From positions 198,915 through 262,914 of the forward strand of contig CATQHC010000002.1 of NCBI GenBank assembly GCA_958295775.1: DNA of 64,000 bases, in the 5' to 3' direction. Origin of the DNA: Chloroflexota bacterium. GTDB lineage: Bacteria; Chloroflexota; UBA11872; VXOZ01. A program made the position numbers and the translations under genes. The notes under the pieces are model-generated. The model worked only from the letters and a program-made list of their open reading frames with translations. It was not told where the DNA came from and did not search any database. Of the stretch, positions 27,859 to 38,148 are shown piece by piece; position 1 is the stretch's first letter; the number at the start of each line of letters is the position of its first letter.

Positions 27859-29010
27859 ATGGCGGTCCATAGCTTCGCAGTGACTACGAGGGTACTCAGC
27901 GGATCGGGAGCCGTAGCCGAGATTGGCCCAACACTGGCGGCACAGGGTCATAAGGGTGTTCTCGTCGTCACGGACCAAGGCATCGTAAGCGCCGGCTTGC
28001 TGCCTCCGGTTACCCAGTCGCTGCAAGACTCCGACGTGGGTTTTGCAGTCTACGATGAAGTGGAAGCCGACCCCGAAGAGAGCATCGTCGCGGCGGTCGT
28101 TGCGGCCTATCGCAGTGCCGATTGCGACGGTCTGCTGGCGGTTGGCGGGGGCAGTTCTTTGGATGTCGCCAAGGCCGCCGGCGTGGTCATTTCCAACGGC
28201 GGCACGGTAGCAGACTACGAAGGGTTCGATGCGTTTGACCGGGATCTACCGCCGCTCTACGCGGTCCCAACAACGGTGGGCACCGGCTCCGAGGTCACGT
28301 TTGCTGCCGTAATCACTCTACCCAGCCAGCAATTCAAGATGTCCATCCTGAGCACGCGGCTGGCGCCGCGCGTGGCATTTCTCGATCCCACCATGCTGAC
28401 AACTCTGCCCCCGCACGTGGTGGCGCACACCGGTATGGATGCCCTGACTCACGCTGTGGAGGGCATGACGTCACCGCTATCCACTCCGTTTACCAACGCC
28501 TTCAATTTACACGCGATTCGTCTCATCAGCGAAAACCTGCGTGCCGCTGTGGCAAACAGCAGCGACATGGACGCCATCGGCAACATGCAGGCTGCCGCCT
28601 GCATTGCGGGAGTTGGATTTGCGCATTCACGCCTTGGGATCGTCCACGCGATGGCGCATCCCGTCGGCGCCTACCATCATCTGCCGCACGGACTGAGCAA
28701 CGCTCTGCTCCTTCCCCATTGCCTCGATTTCAACCGGATTGGTTGCGAACCGCAATTGGCGGTGGTTGCGCGTGAGTTCGACGCTACGTTCCCCGGGCAG
28801 TCCGAAAGGGAACGGGCGCTCGCCGCCATTGAAGCGATAAGGGATTTAGAGTCCGAAATCGGCATGCCCGCGTCGATGGGCGAGATCGGCGTGACGGATG
28901 AGCACTTCGAGGCCATCGTCAAGGATACGTTCCGCAGCCGCAACGTCGCCATTAACCCCCGCCGGGTCACCGAAGACGATATCCTGCAGATACTCTATCG
29001 GGCACTGTAA
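27859..29010 (+). CDS. Iron-containing (group III) alcohol dehydrogenase
   Basis: GGGSSLDVAKAAG NAD motif; His-rich metal site (HTGMDALTHAVE, HAMAHPVG); start set at ATG 27859 (the ORF track extends to 27685). Confidence 0.75.
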   Translation: MAVHSFAVTTRVLSGSGAVAEIGPTLAAQGHKGVLVVTDQGIVSAGLLPPVTQSLQDSDVGFAVYDEVEADPEESIVAAVVAAYRSADCDGLLAVGGGSSLDVAKAAGVVISNGGTVADYEGFDAFDRDLPPLYAVPTTVGTGSEVTFAAVITLPSQQFKMSILSTRLAPRVAFLDPTMLTTLPPHVVAHTGMDALTHAVEGMTSPLSTPFTNAFNLHAIRLISENLRAAVANSSDMDAIGNMQAAACIAGVGFAHSRLGIVHAMAHPVGAYHHLPHGLSNALLLPHCLDFNRIGCEPQLAVVAREFDATFPGQSERERALAAIEAIRDLESEIGMPASMGEIGVTDEHFEAIVKDTFRSRNVAINPRRVTEDDILQILYRAL

Positions 29011-29127
29011 CGACAACCGAGCCTCTCCGAGAGCATGTCAACTTCTTGACTAGCTGCCAGGAGAGCAACCAACACATTCCAGGCCGGACGCTAACTACAG
29101 CGTGTGACCGTAGCAATCGCGCTGGGG

Positions 29128-29916
29128 CTATTCCAGCCGCCACTTCAAGGTCTTCGCTACAATTGCCAGCGACCCCAAGCCGAAGACCGCCAGAATAGCT
29201 AAGTCAATGAGCAAGGCTACGGTAATATCCGGTTGCAGAGAGGCCCGAAACGCCTGCGCCGCATAGGTTGGGGGCAGTATCTTGCCTGTGAGCTGCAGGA
29301 TCGTCGGCAGACGGTCGAGCGGGATCATTACCGGCGCGAAGAACATGATGAAGAACATGGTCGCCTGCGCCACCAGGCCCGCGACCCGCCAATTCGGAAT
29401 GCCGAGCCCAATCGCAGCGCCCACACCGGCGAGAGAGATGGCGCTGAGGGGTATAGCGGCGAAAATAAGCGGATTGATCGCAAGCGTAAAGCCAAAGTAC
29501 CAGCTTCCCACCAACAGCGTGATAATCATTCCGGGAACTGCAGCGATGCCATTGCCGGAAACTACGGCCAAGATGAATGCCGTCTTGCTGATCGGCAACG
29601 ACGCGTAGTAGAGTATTGCGCCGTTCCGCCGCGACTGAGCCATATCCTGGGCGACCATCATGACGCCCAAGGTAACGAGCGACATGACCGCTGCCCCGGA
29701 CACAAAGTAACGGCCCAGCTCGGGATCGCGCGAGCCCGAAATGAAAGAGAACGCAAAGACCATGCCTAGATTCAGCAGCACCGAGATCGAGAGGATCATG
29801 GTGAGCCACTGGCGGAATTCCAGTACGATCACGGCGGTGAGATGAAGATAATTCTGCAAGAAGTGGTTAAGTGATAGCCAAAGCGAACGCAGACGATAGG
29901 TGTTGCTACTTGTCAT
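29128..29916 (-). CDS. ABC-2 type transporter permease
   Basis: Six predicted TM segments; ABC-2 size; immediately downstream of the ATPase gene. Confidence 0.6.
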   Translation of the reverse strand: MTSSNTYRLRSLWLSLNHFLQNYLHLTAVIVLEFRQWLTMILSISVLLNLGMVFAFSFISGSRDPELGRYFVSGAAVMSLVTLGVMMVAQDMAQSRRNGAILYYASLPISKTAFILAVVSGNGIAAVPGMIITLLVGSWYFGFTLAINPLIFAAIPLSAISLAGVGAAIGLGIPNWRVAGLVAQATMFFIMFFAPVMIPLDRLPTILQLTGKILPPTYAAQAFRASLQPDITVALLIDLAILAVFGLGSLAIVAKTLKWRLE

Positions 29917-29925
29917 AATCCTGTA

Positions 29926-30999
29926 CTAATTTCCGATCTGTTCAGCGTTCAAACTGTCTTGTGCGGCATCTTGTTTCACTTCGTCGCGCTCGCTGTCTTC
30001 GAGGGACCGTCCAACAATCTCTACGTAGACATCCTCAAGAGAGGCAGTTGCCAGCCGAAAGTCCTCCACCGCTTCCGTACCAATTTCTGTAAGCACGAGG
30101 TCAATGGTCCTGCCAACGCGATCTTGAGGCACCCGTAACAAGAGATGCTGTGGTCTTGGTTGATGCAGTGTGCCGAGCGTGCTGAGTTTCGTTTCCTGGG
30201 CCCGCGTCAGCGCAGCGCCGTCCCGCAGCCAGAGTTCAAGTCGGATTGTATCGCCCAGGCGGCTTTTCATAGCGCCGGGCGTGCCCTCGCCGAGCACGCG
30301 TCCCTCATCGATTAGCGCGACGCGGTCTACTACCCGCTCAGCCTCGAGGACATTGTGCGTTACCAGGAGACAGGCCGCGCCGTCGTAAACAACTGCGCGG
30401 CGGATTGCCTCCCAGACCGCCCGGCGGCGCAGGGGGTCAAGGTCATTCGTCGGCTCGTCGAGCACCAGGAGCGGGGGACTGCCAAGCAGGGCCATGATGA
30501 AGCCCGTCAGTCGTTGCATGCCGCCGGAGAGCTGCATAATCGGCTTGCGGCGGATTTCATCGACTTCGAATTGCTCTATAAAAGCGTCGCGTTGGCGCAG
30601 GGTCTCCTTGTGCGAGAGGCCCTTCAAACGACCCGTGAAGTATATGGCCTCTTCCCCACGCAAGTCGCGCATGGCAAAGGACGTCTGCGGCAGATAGCCT
30701 ATCATACGCTTCACGCGCTCGGGATTGCGATCCGCATCAACGCCAAAGACCCAAACGTTACCTGAGGTGGGTCTGATGAGCCCCATCACCTGTTGCACCA
30801 ACGTACTCTTGCCGGCGCCGTTTGGGCCTAAGAGCCCGTACACCTGTCCGCGACGTACATCGACGTTCAAGCGGTCATTCGCCAACACGCCGTTGCGGTA
30901 GACCTTTGTAAGGTCTTCAGCCTTTACGGCAAGATCAGGGCTGTTCAAGCGCACGCTCCTCACTGGGGCCAAAGAAAACAAATGAGCACTATTAACCAC
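29926..30999 (-). CDS. ABC transporter ATP-binding protein
   Basis: Walker A GPNGAGKST, signature LSGGMQRL, Walker B LLVLDEPT; true start may be internal (e.g. near VRLNSPDL). Confidence 0.8.
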   Translation of the reverse strand: MVNSAHLFSLAPVRSVRLNSPDLAVKAEDLTKVYRNGVLANDRLNVDVRRGQVYGLLGPNGAGKSTLVQQVMGLIRPTSGNVWVFGVDADRNPERVKRMIGYLPQTSFAMRDLRGEEAIYFTGRLKGLSHKETLRQRDAFIEQFEVDEIRRKPIMQLSGGMQRLTGFIMALLGSPPLLVLDEPTNDLDPLRRRAVWEAIRRAVVYDGAACLLVTHNVLEAERVVDRVALIDEGRVLGEGTPGAMKSRLGDTIRLELWLRDGAALTRAQETKLSTLGTLHQPRPQHLLLRVPQDRVGRTIDLVLTEIGTEAVEDFRLATASLEDVYVEIVGRSLEDSERDEVKQDAAQDSLNAEQIGN

Positions 31000-32351
31000 T
31001 GTACCTTCTTCTGCTTGCGTACTCCAGAAAGGTGACAGGCCCAGCTAGGCCGGCAGAGGCTGGGCAGAGGCGCGTGTGCGCGGATCACGAAACCAAGACA
31101 GGATGGGGGGAGCGGTTGATTGAAGAGATACCCTTTCTCATTGAAGGGTATCTCGTCCGGTTGCGTATTGCCTGCGGTGTCCGTGGCTCGGGTCATGAGC
31201 GTGTGCGCGCCGGCCGGAGCTTCCCAAGCAATCTCAAACCGCGCCCAGGAGAATTGCACCTGTGGCGCAAGCACGCGAGCAGGCTGCCACGTCTTTCCGG
31301 AGTCGGAGCTCCACTCCACTTGCGCAATTGTGCCGAACGGTGAATGCGCGTAGCCGTGGAGCCGGCGCCGGCCCGTGGGCAAGGCGGCGGGCCAAGGGAG
31401 CGCGAGCGCGCTCTTGATGACCTGTGTGGTGACGACTTTGCCCAGGGCCTCGCCTTCCGGTGCGTAGGCGTCGCCGATGAGCACATAGGAGGTGGTGTTG
31501 TTGCGCGTCCAGAACTGCTCGGCGGAGACGATTACCTGGCTCAGCCACTTGACACTGGCGCTACCCACCCAACCGGGCACGAGCGCCCGCAGCGGATAGC
31601 CGTGGTCTCTAGGAAGCGTTTCGCCATTGAGTGTGTAGGCCAGAAGGGTATCGGGGTCCATAGCTTTCTCGATCGGGAGCGCACGGCGCCAGCCACCCTC
31701 AGGCGAATTTGAGTCTAACCCGATGAGTAGCACGCTGACCGCGTTTGCCGTCACTCCCGCCAATTCCAAGATGTCCCGCAACGGGACTCCGGTCCAAACC
31801 CCATTGCCGACTGCACCGGTCATCCATTGCGTGCCCTTGGCCGCCTGGCCCTTAACCAGGTCGAACATAGCACGCTGGTTTCCGGCGCACTCCAGATACG
31901 AGAAAATTGTGCGACTGGGCATAGTGCGAAGGTCTTGGTAGGAAAACTCCCTGGGGTCGGAGACGGCATCTCCTTGGACCGAGAGACGCCAATCTGCAAC
32001 GTCTACGTCAATACTCATCGAGTTGTTACGAACGAAGAAGAGCCGATTTGGTGTAACGAATCCTTGCATGTGCGCTAAGCGAGATTCCAGGCCGCTCTGC
32101 CCGTGGTTGATGAACGGCGATGGGTCCTTGAATACGGGCGCAGGGGTGGCTGCCGTGGTGTCCGTTGCGGAGCCGGATGCGCCCTTTTGCGCTCGCTCTA
32201 CATTCGTAGGCAATTTCAAGTTTGCGCATGACATGAGCACTGCCGCCACGCCGCCAGTGGCTAGCAGCCGCAAAAGAGTGCGCCTAGCCATGCCGCTCTC
32301 TGCCGCCAGCGTGGCGAGCCATGGCGGTACTTCAGATTTAAGCTGAGTCAT
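30960..32351 (-). CDS. Sulfite-oxidase-family molybdopterin oxidoreductase, Tat-exported
   Basis: Twin-arginine motif RRTLLRLLATGG; Moco cysteine motif YLECAGN; the C-terminal ~50 codons overlap the ATPase ORF and contain an in-frame palindromic hairpin (31125-31154). Confidence 0.7.
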   Translation of the reverse strand: MTQLKSEVPPWLATLAAESGMARRTLLRLLATGGVAAVLMSCANLKLPTNVERAQKGASGSATDTTAATPAPVFKDPSPFINHGQSGLESRLAHMQGFVTPNRLFFVRNNSMSIDVDVADWRLSVQGDAVSDPREFSYQDLRTMPSRTIFSYLECAGNQRAMFDLVKGQAAKGTQWMTGAVGNGVWTGVPLRDILELAGVTANAVSVLLIGLDSNSPEGGWRRALPIEKAMDPDTLLAYTLNGETLPRDHGYPLRALVPGWVGSASVKWLSQVIVSAEQFWTRNNTTSYVLIGDAYAPEGEALGKVVTTQVIKSALALPWPAALPTGRRRLHGYAHSPFGTIAQVEWSSDSGKTWQPARVLAPQVQFSWARFEIAWEAPAGAHTLMTRATDTAGNTQPDEIPFNEKGYLFNQPLPPSCLGFVIRAHAPLPSLCRPSWACHLSGVRKQKKVQWLIVLICFLWPQ

Positions 32352-32425
32352 GGCGTCTACTAATTCGCTTGATTACGCACAAACCTAGTATGAGAAAAAT
32401 GTCTGCCCATAGCTTTAAACCAATA

Positions 32426-32448
32426 TACCCCCGAATGCCGCGGGGGTA
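32426..32448 (-). terminator. Intrinsic terminator-like hairpin downstream of the deoxyribosyltransferase-like gene
   Basis: tacccccg-aatgccg-cgggggta followed on the minus strand by the U-rich TATTGGTTTAAAGC. Confidence 0.5.
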
Positions 32449-32475
32449 CATGGGAAAAACAGTAGGTTCGTGGTG

Positions 32476-32940
32476 TTAGGGAGACTTTGCCCAGCGGGCA
32501 AGTGCCTTGCTTGGCGAGGCGAGATCCTCAATCCGGGTAAAGTAGTAATCTTGCCAGCCCTCTAGGGGCAGGCCGGTGAAGAGCATGAGATTTAGTGGGT
32601 ACATGCCGCTATCGGTGGCCGCACGAAAGTCGTCTCGATAGAGGAACGTGGTCTTGCCTAGGGCGATGGCCATGCCCAACTCCACCATTACGCCTTCATC
32701 GGGTGGAACGCCATCGACTACAGCGAAGATGCCGTCGCAGGCCACCACATCGCGATAGTCAGCTTGCCCGACCTGGTAGGCCCATTCCGGACTTGAGAAG
32801 TCCACCTGATTGTTGCGTGCGAAGGGTTCCCACACTTCAAGCCCAAGCTCTTCCAAAGCTGCGACCAGCGGTGGGAGCAACAACAACTTCTGCTGGTCGG
32901 AGAAACCGTATGGATTGGCTAGGTAGATGGTCTTTGCCAA
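32476..32940 (-). CDS. Nucleoside 2-deoxyribosyltransferase-like protein (DNPH1/Rcl-like fold)
   Basis: N-terminal KTIYLANPYGF and core DGVPPDEGVMVELGMAIALGKTTFLY match PF05014-type motifs. Confidence 0.6.
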   Translation of the reverse strand: MAKTIYLANPYGFSDQQKLLLLPPLVAALEELGLEVWEPFARNNQVDFSSPEWAYQVGQADYRDVVACDGIFAVVDGVPPDEGVMVELGMAIALGKTTFLYRDDFRAATDSGMYPLNLMLFTGLPLEGWQDYYFTRIEDLASPSKALARWAKSP

Positions 32941-32982
32941 CGCGGTCCTTCCTCAGCCGGGATAATCCTTAGGCGGAGTGCC

Positions 32983-33406
32983 CTAGTCGGATGAATTGCG
33001 CAAGAGCCAGACAGACGTGGGAAACAGCAGTAACGCAAGCGACAAGTCGATTATGATCCATAGCTGGTTGTCGCTATTGAGGGGATCTGACCAGGTCACG
33101 CCGAACCAATTCCACAAATGCGCTAGCAACACCGCTGCTGCGAAATAGAAGATCACGTTGGCTTCCAAAGTACTCGCGCGTGATGGACTTGTCGTCCGGA
33201 TCTGCGTCCACACGGCGCTTGCGGCCAAACGCGACCAGCAGAACAAGGATGACCCCAATGATCTGGAGCGGGTTCAAGACTCGCCAAACAGGAAGCGAGG
33301 CATCACTCCATGTTGGATCATAGAATTGCGTCGCGAGGAAATGGAGAGGAACCGCAATGCCTACGAGCAAGAGGTATAGACCTGCAAGTCGTTTGAGCAT
33401 TGCCAT
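32983..33406 (-). CDS. Small integral membrane protein, possibly frameshifted (two overlapping ORFs 33074-33406 and 32983-33258)
   Basis: ATG 33406 with strong SD (taaggagga). The N-terminal ORF encodes 2 TM helices and then non-membrane-like sequence; the second frame encodes 2 more TM helices. A junction near 33170-33225 would give a ~140-aa 4-TM protein. Confidence 0.3.
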
Positions 33407-33468
33407 CGTAGGTCCTCCTTAGACCATAGAAACACAATTGAGCCTATGTAGCGAAGAACCTTCCAAAT

Positions 33469-33543
33469 TGGTAGCGGGGGAGGGATTCGAACCCTCGACC
33501 TTCAGGTTATGAGCCTGACGAGCTGCCGCTGCTCCACCCCGCG
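33469..33543 (-). tRNA. tRNA with CAT anticodon (Met elongator or Ile2-lysidine type)
   Basis: 75-nt cloverleaf folded by hand: acceptor CGCGGGG/CCCCGCU with a C1-U72 mismatch, anticodon loop CUCAUAA, T-loop TTCGAAT, 3' CCA encoded; only two G-C pairs in the anticodon stem. Confidence 0.8.
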
Positions 33544-33599
33544 TCGCTTGCGCATTCCAAATGCGTAACGCATCGCAAATGCGTACGGATCACAGATTC

Positions 33600-33932
33600 G
33601 TTGATGAGTAGACCGATAAGCCCCATTCTGTCGCGGACAGCCATCTATCTTGGGCGTCAGCTTGCGCCACGCCTCTTTGCGGCCTACCCGGGACTCCGCG
33701 AGCCGCCTCACCGTCCCTCTCTTGGCCTTGCTCCAGGTAGAGGTTACCCTTTTCACTCCGGTCAACACCACCGGTTCGGTAGCGTTGATCGGCGTTAGTC
33801 TCTGTGGCCCTATTCCTCGCCTCACGGCGGACGGGCGTTACCCGCTACCTTGCTCTATGGAGTGGGGACTTTCCTCACGGTAATCATGCTATGCACATGA
33901 CTACTGCGCGGCTGTCTAGTCTACTCAGCATT
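33600..33932 (-). ncRNA. rnpB: RNase P RNA (rnpB, bacterial type)
   Basis: Conserved blocks on the minus strand: GAGGAAAGTCCCCACTCCATAGAGCAAGGTAGCGGGTAACGCC (P4/CR-I), GGAGCAAGGCCAAGAGAGG, GGGTAGGCCGCAAAG, AGATAGATGGCTGTCCGCGACAGAATGGGGCTTATCGG (CR-V/P4 3' strand); P1 pairs 33605-33613 with 33920-33928. Confidence 0.8.
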
Positions 33933-34114
33933 TGTCAGTATAGCACGGCAAACCGTCGCACACAACCACAGAGGGCTTGGCGTTGGCACCGCCTGTCGAC
34001 AGCGAACACCGGGGTTTCAGCGAGAAGCGTAGCCCTGTACCAAGTGTTCTCTAAGCGGCGTTGCCAAGAGAGTGAGGCCGCGGAGACTGGGAAGAACGAA
34101 CACTTCAATAGGCC

Positions 34115-34819
34115 CTACGGCGTATCTATAGAGGAGCCTTCTGTCCATTCCGGTCGCTCCGCCACTACTTTTGCGAGAACCTCGTGCGCGTAACTAATGA
34201 TGGGTGCTGCGTGGGAAAGCAAGAGTGTGTCTATGAGCAGCGTTTTCAGCAACTTTGGCAGTAGCATGCAGAATTCATGGCTCCCGATCCAGATTCGACC
34301 GTCCGGCGTTCCCCAGAGGGCATCTGCCACCACGAGCGCCCGGGCAGGCGGGAGGTAGAAGAGGACTTCCGGGTGCGGCGACGTCAGGACATACACCTGA
34401 ACAGTGGCAGGCAAGGTGTCCCCTTCACGAAACGTGCGCGTGGGTTTGCAGCCGAGTTCTTGCTGCGGCATGGCCTCGTGTATCCAGATACTGGCGCCGC
34501 ACTCACCAGAATAACGGTCGTAGACGGCTTGCGCGCTGCGGTCGTGCCAATCGGTGCTCAGAAGTATAGTCACCGGCTGTTGTCTGTGTCGCACCGCATT
34601 GTCGAGGGTGTGCCAGAACAGTTGCTGGACCGCCGTGCAGGGCGGAGGCGTGAGCGGATCGATCAGTACCAGTTCTTCCCGAGTCTCATAGCGGACGCAG
34701 CCGACCTCTCGCGACCAACCGAAACCGGTCCTCTTCTCAGGATTCCAAGGGGACCAGTCCGGATGGGGAGCGGACCAATGCCAGAGTCCCGGGGCAATCT
34801 GCATCGCGTCCTGACGCAT
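34115..34819 (-). CDS. Hypothetical Trp-rich protein
   Basis: 234-codon ORF between rnpB and the 16S terminator; no confident family assignment (faint MBL-fold-like LIDP / STDWHD segments without a canonical HxHxDH). Confidence 0.35.
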   Translation of the reverse strand: MRQDAMQIAPGLWHWSAPHPDWSPWNPEKRTGFGWSREVGCVRYETREELVLIDPLTPPPCTAVQQLFWHTLDNAVRHRQQPVTILLSTDWHDRSAQAVYDRYSGECGASIWIHEAMPQQELGCKPTRTFREGDTLPATVQVYVLTSPHPEVLFYLPPARALVVADALWGTPDGRIWIGSHEFCMLLPKLLKTLLIDTLLLSHAAPIISYAHEVLAKVVAERPEWTEGSSIDTP

Positions 34820-34886
34820 GGTTGTGCTTCACTCTCCGATTTGGGCCTTTTGAGGATAGTGTTTCGATTGAGAAGACCGGCGAGGG

Positions 34887-34920
34887 CGTAAAAGGAAAAG
34901 TCCCTCTTTGTGAGAGGGAC
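34887..34920 (-). terminator. Intrinsic terminator ~120 nt downstream of the 16S 3' end
   Basis: Minus strand GTCCCTCT-CACAA-AGAGGGAC followed by CTTTTCCTTTTAC. Confidence 0.55.
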
Positions 34921-35040
34921 GATGACATAGGCGGTATTAGTAGTTTGCGGCTGGGTTTAGCAGGTGAAGGGTGATGAAGGGAGAGGGAGTTAGGTATAGG
35001 AGAGGTAAGGGGGGATAGGAGAAAATGGGTAAAGACCCTA

Positions 35041-36575
<1,535 letters not shown>

Positions 36576-36999
36576 CAAAAGGGAAAACTGAAGTAAGAAA
36601 ACTCCCAATCCCCCGGAACAGCCTAAGCCCTAGCTCTCCGAAAAAAACGCCCAAAACCTTCATCACTCTTCACCTGTTAAGGAGCCCCTGCACAAAGGCA
36701 GGTAAAAGTCAGTCTAACACCAACTGCACTTATTTGTCAACCATTAATTGAACTTCGTTGGCGCCAGAGGTGGCGGGAGCATGGATTGGAAGAGACCGAA
36801 TGACTGGCCAAGAACCGCGCGCCCGGCCAGGACTGCAAAGAATATTCAAGAAAGTCTGTGCCGGCAGATTGCGGCATTTATTGCTGCAATTGCCGCAGGC
36901 CTGCCAGGCGGAGTGACGGCATAACGGTTCGTACGGCACGCCACAACGCGTGATACAATGAGCGCGCATGTTCCGGATGTCAACAAGGTACTGTGAACT

Positions 37000-37947
37000 G
37001 TGAGGATTTTGGTCGCAGGTGGGGCGGGTTTTATCGGCTCGCACTTGTGCGATTATTTGATTGCCCAGGGTCATTTCGTAACAGCCGTAGACAACTGCAT
37101 CACGGGACGGGCAAAGAATGTGGCCCATCTTGCGGAGAATGACAGGTTTTCTCTGCTTGAATTGGACGTGACTGAGGCGTTCTCCTGGCAGGGGGACGCG
37201 GTTTTTCACCTTGCGAGCCCTGCCAGCCCCGAGGGCTACTTGCGTCACCCCTTTGAAACGCTGCGTGTCAATTCTGTGGGAACGGATGTGCTCCTGGCAC
37301 TCGCCCGTGAAAACGGTGCGAAGTTTCTCTTTGCATCGACATCCGAAGTGTACGGCGACCCTTTAGTACATCCGCAGGCCGAAACGTACTGGGGAAATGT
37401 CAATCCTATTGGCCCGCGGGCGTGTTACGACGAAGGGAAGCGCTTCGGTGAAGCGGTGACGATGGAATATGTGCGCCAACACGAGGTTGATGCCCGCATA
37501 ATTCGCATTTTTAATACGTATGGCCCGCGGAATGACCCAGGTGACGGTCGTGTGGTGCCAAACTTCATCGCACAGGCGGTTTTGGGACAGCCCATTACGA
37601 TCTATGGTGACGGCACGCAGACGCGCTCGTTCTGCTACGTAGAAGATCTGGTACGGGGAATGACAGCCGCGATGTTCTCTGCGAATACGCAAGGAGAGGT
37701 GTTCAATCTTGGCAACCCGGACGAGCGCACCATCCGCGAATTTGCGGACATTGTCGTACGCCTTACCGGCACGGACGTTCCCGTGGTGCATAAGCCGTTG
37801 CCTGCCGACGATCCCAAACGGCGGCGCCCGGACATTTCGAAAGCAAATTCCAGGTTGGGCTGGGCGCCGGCGATAGATCTGGAAGAGGGCTTGGGTAAGA
37901 CAATTGCATATTTTCGGCAGGAACTACCCCTGCAAGAATCGCGGTGA
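37000..37947 (+). CDS. UDP-glucuronate decarboxylase (UDP-xylose synthase)
   Basis: Near-colinear similarity to UXS1: ILVAGGAGFIGSHL, VDNCITGRAKNVAHL, STSEVYGDPLVHPQAETYWGNVNPIGPRACYDEGKR, DGRVVPNFIAQA. Confidence 0.85.
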   Translation: MRILVAGGAGFIGSHLCDYLIAQGHFVTAVDNCITGRAKNVAHLAENDRFSLLELDVTEAFSWQGDAVFHLASPASPEGYLRHPFETLRVNSVGTDVLLALARENGAKFLFASTSEVYGDPLVHPQAETYWGNVNPIGPRACYDEGKRFGEAVTMEYVRQHEVDARIIRIFNTYGPRNDPGDGRVVPNFIAQAVLGQPITIYGDGTQTRSFCYVEDLVRGMTAAMFSANTQGEVFNLGNPDERTIREFADIVVRLTGTDVPVVHKPLPADDPKRRRPDISKANSRLGWAPAIDLEEGLGKTIAYFRQELPLQESR

Positions 37948-38148
37948 TCGTGGCCTCGACCACACGCACTTCGATTGCATCAGTTCGGCTCTGTCTTCCA
38001 GGTAGGGCGGCACGCTTTGCCCAGGCCGGGCACGCCCCCGTCAAGCACTTTAGCGACTGGACATATTCTGACGATTGGGTGCTTTGCAACTGTCAGCGAG
38101 ATTGACTATCCTAGTTGAAAGTATTGAGTACATGAAGGAGTGTAACAC

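Noticed and set aside
33502-34193. ORFs 33502-33825(-), 33601-33798(+), 33650-33883(+) and 33804-34193(+)
   Set aside because: They overlap the tRNA(CAT) and RNase P RNA genes; no coding features
34820-35040. Possible ITS with tRNA-Ile/Ala and a 23S start downstream of the 16S
   Set aside because: No tRNA cloverleafs or 23S 5' sequence are present; a terminator hairpin and a protein-coding gene follow instead
36730-37248. 172-aa minus-strand ORF spanning the 16S promoter region and the start of the UDP-glucuronate decarboxylase gene
   Set aside because: It overlaps a well-supported plus-strand gene and the rRNA upstream region; no homology features
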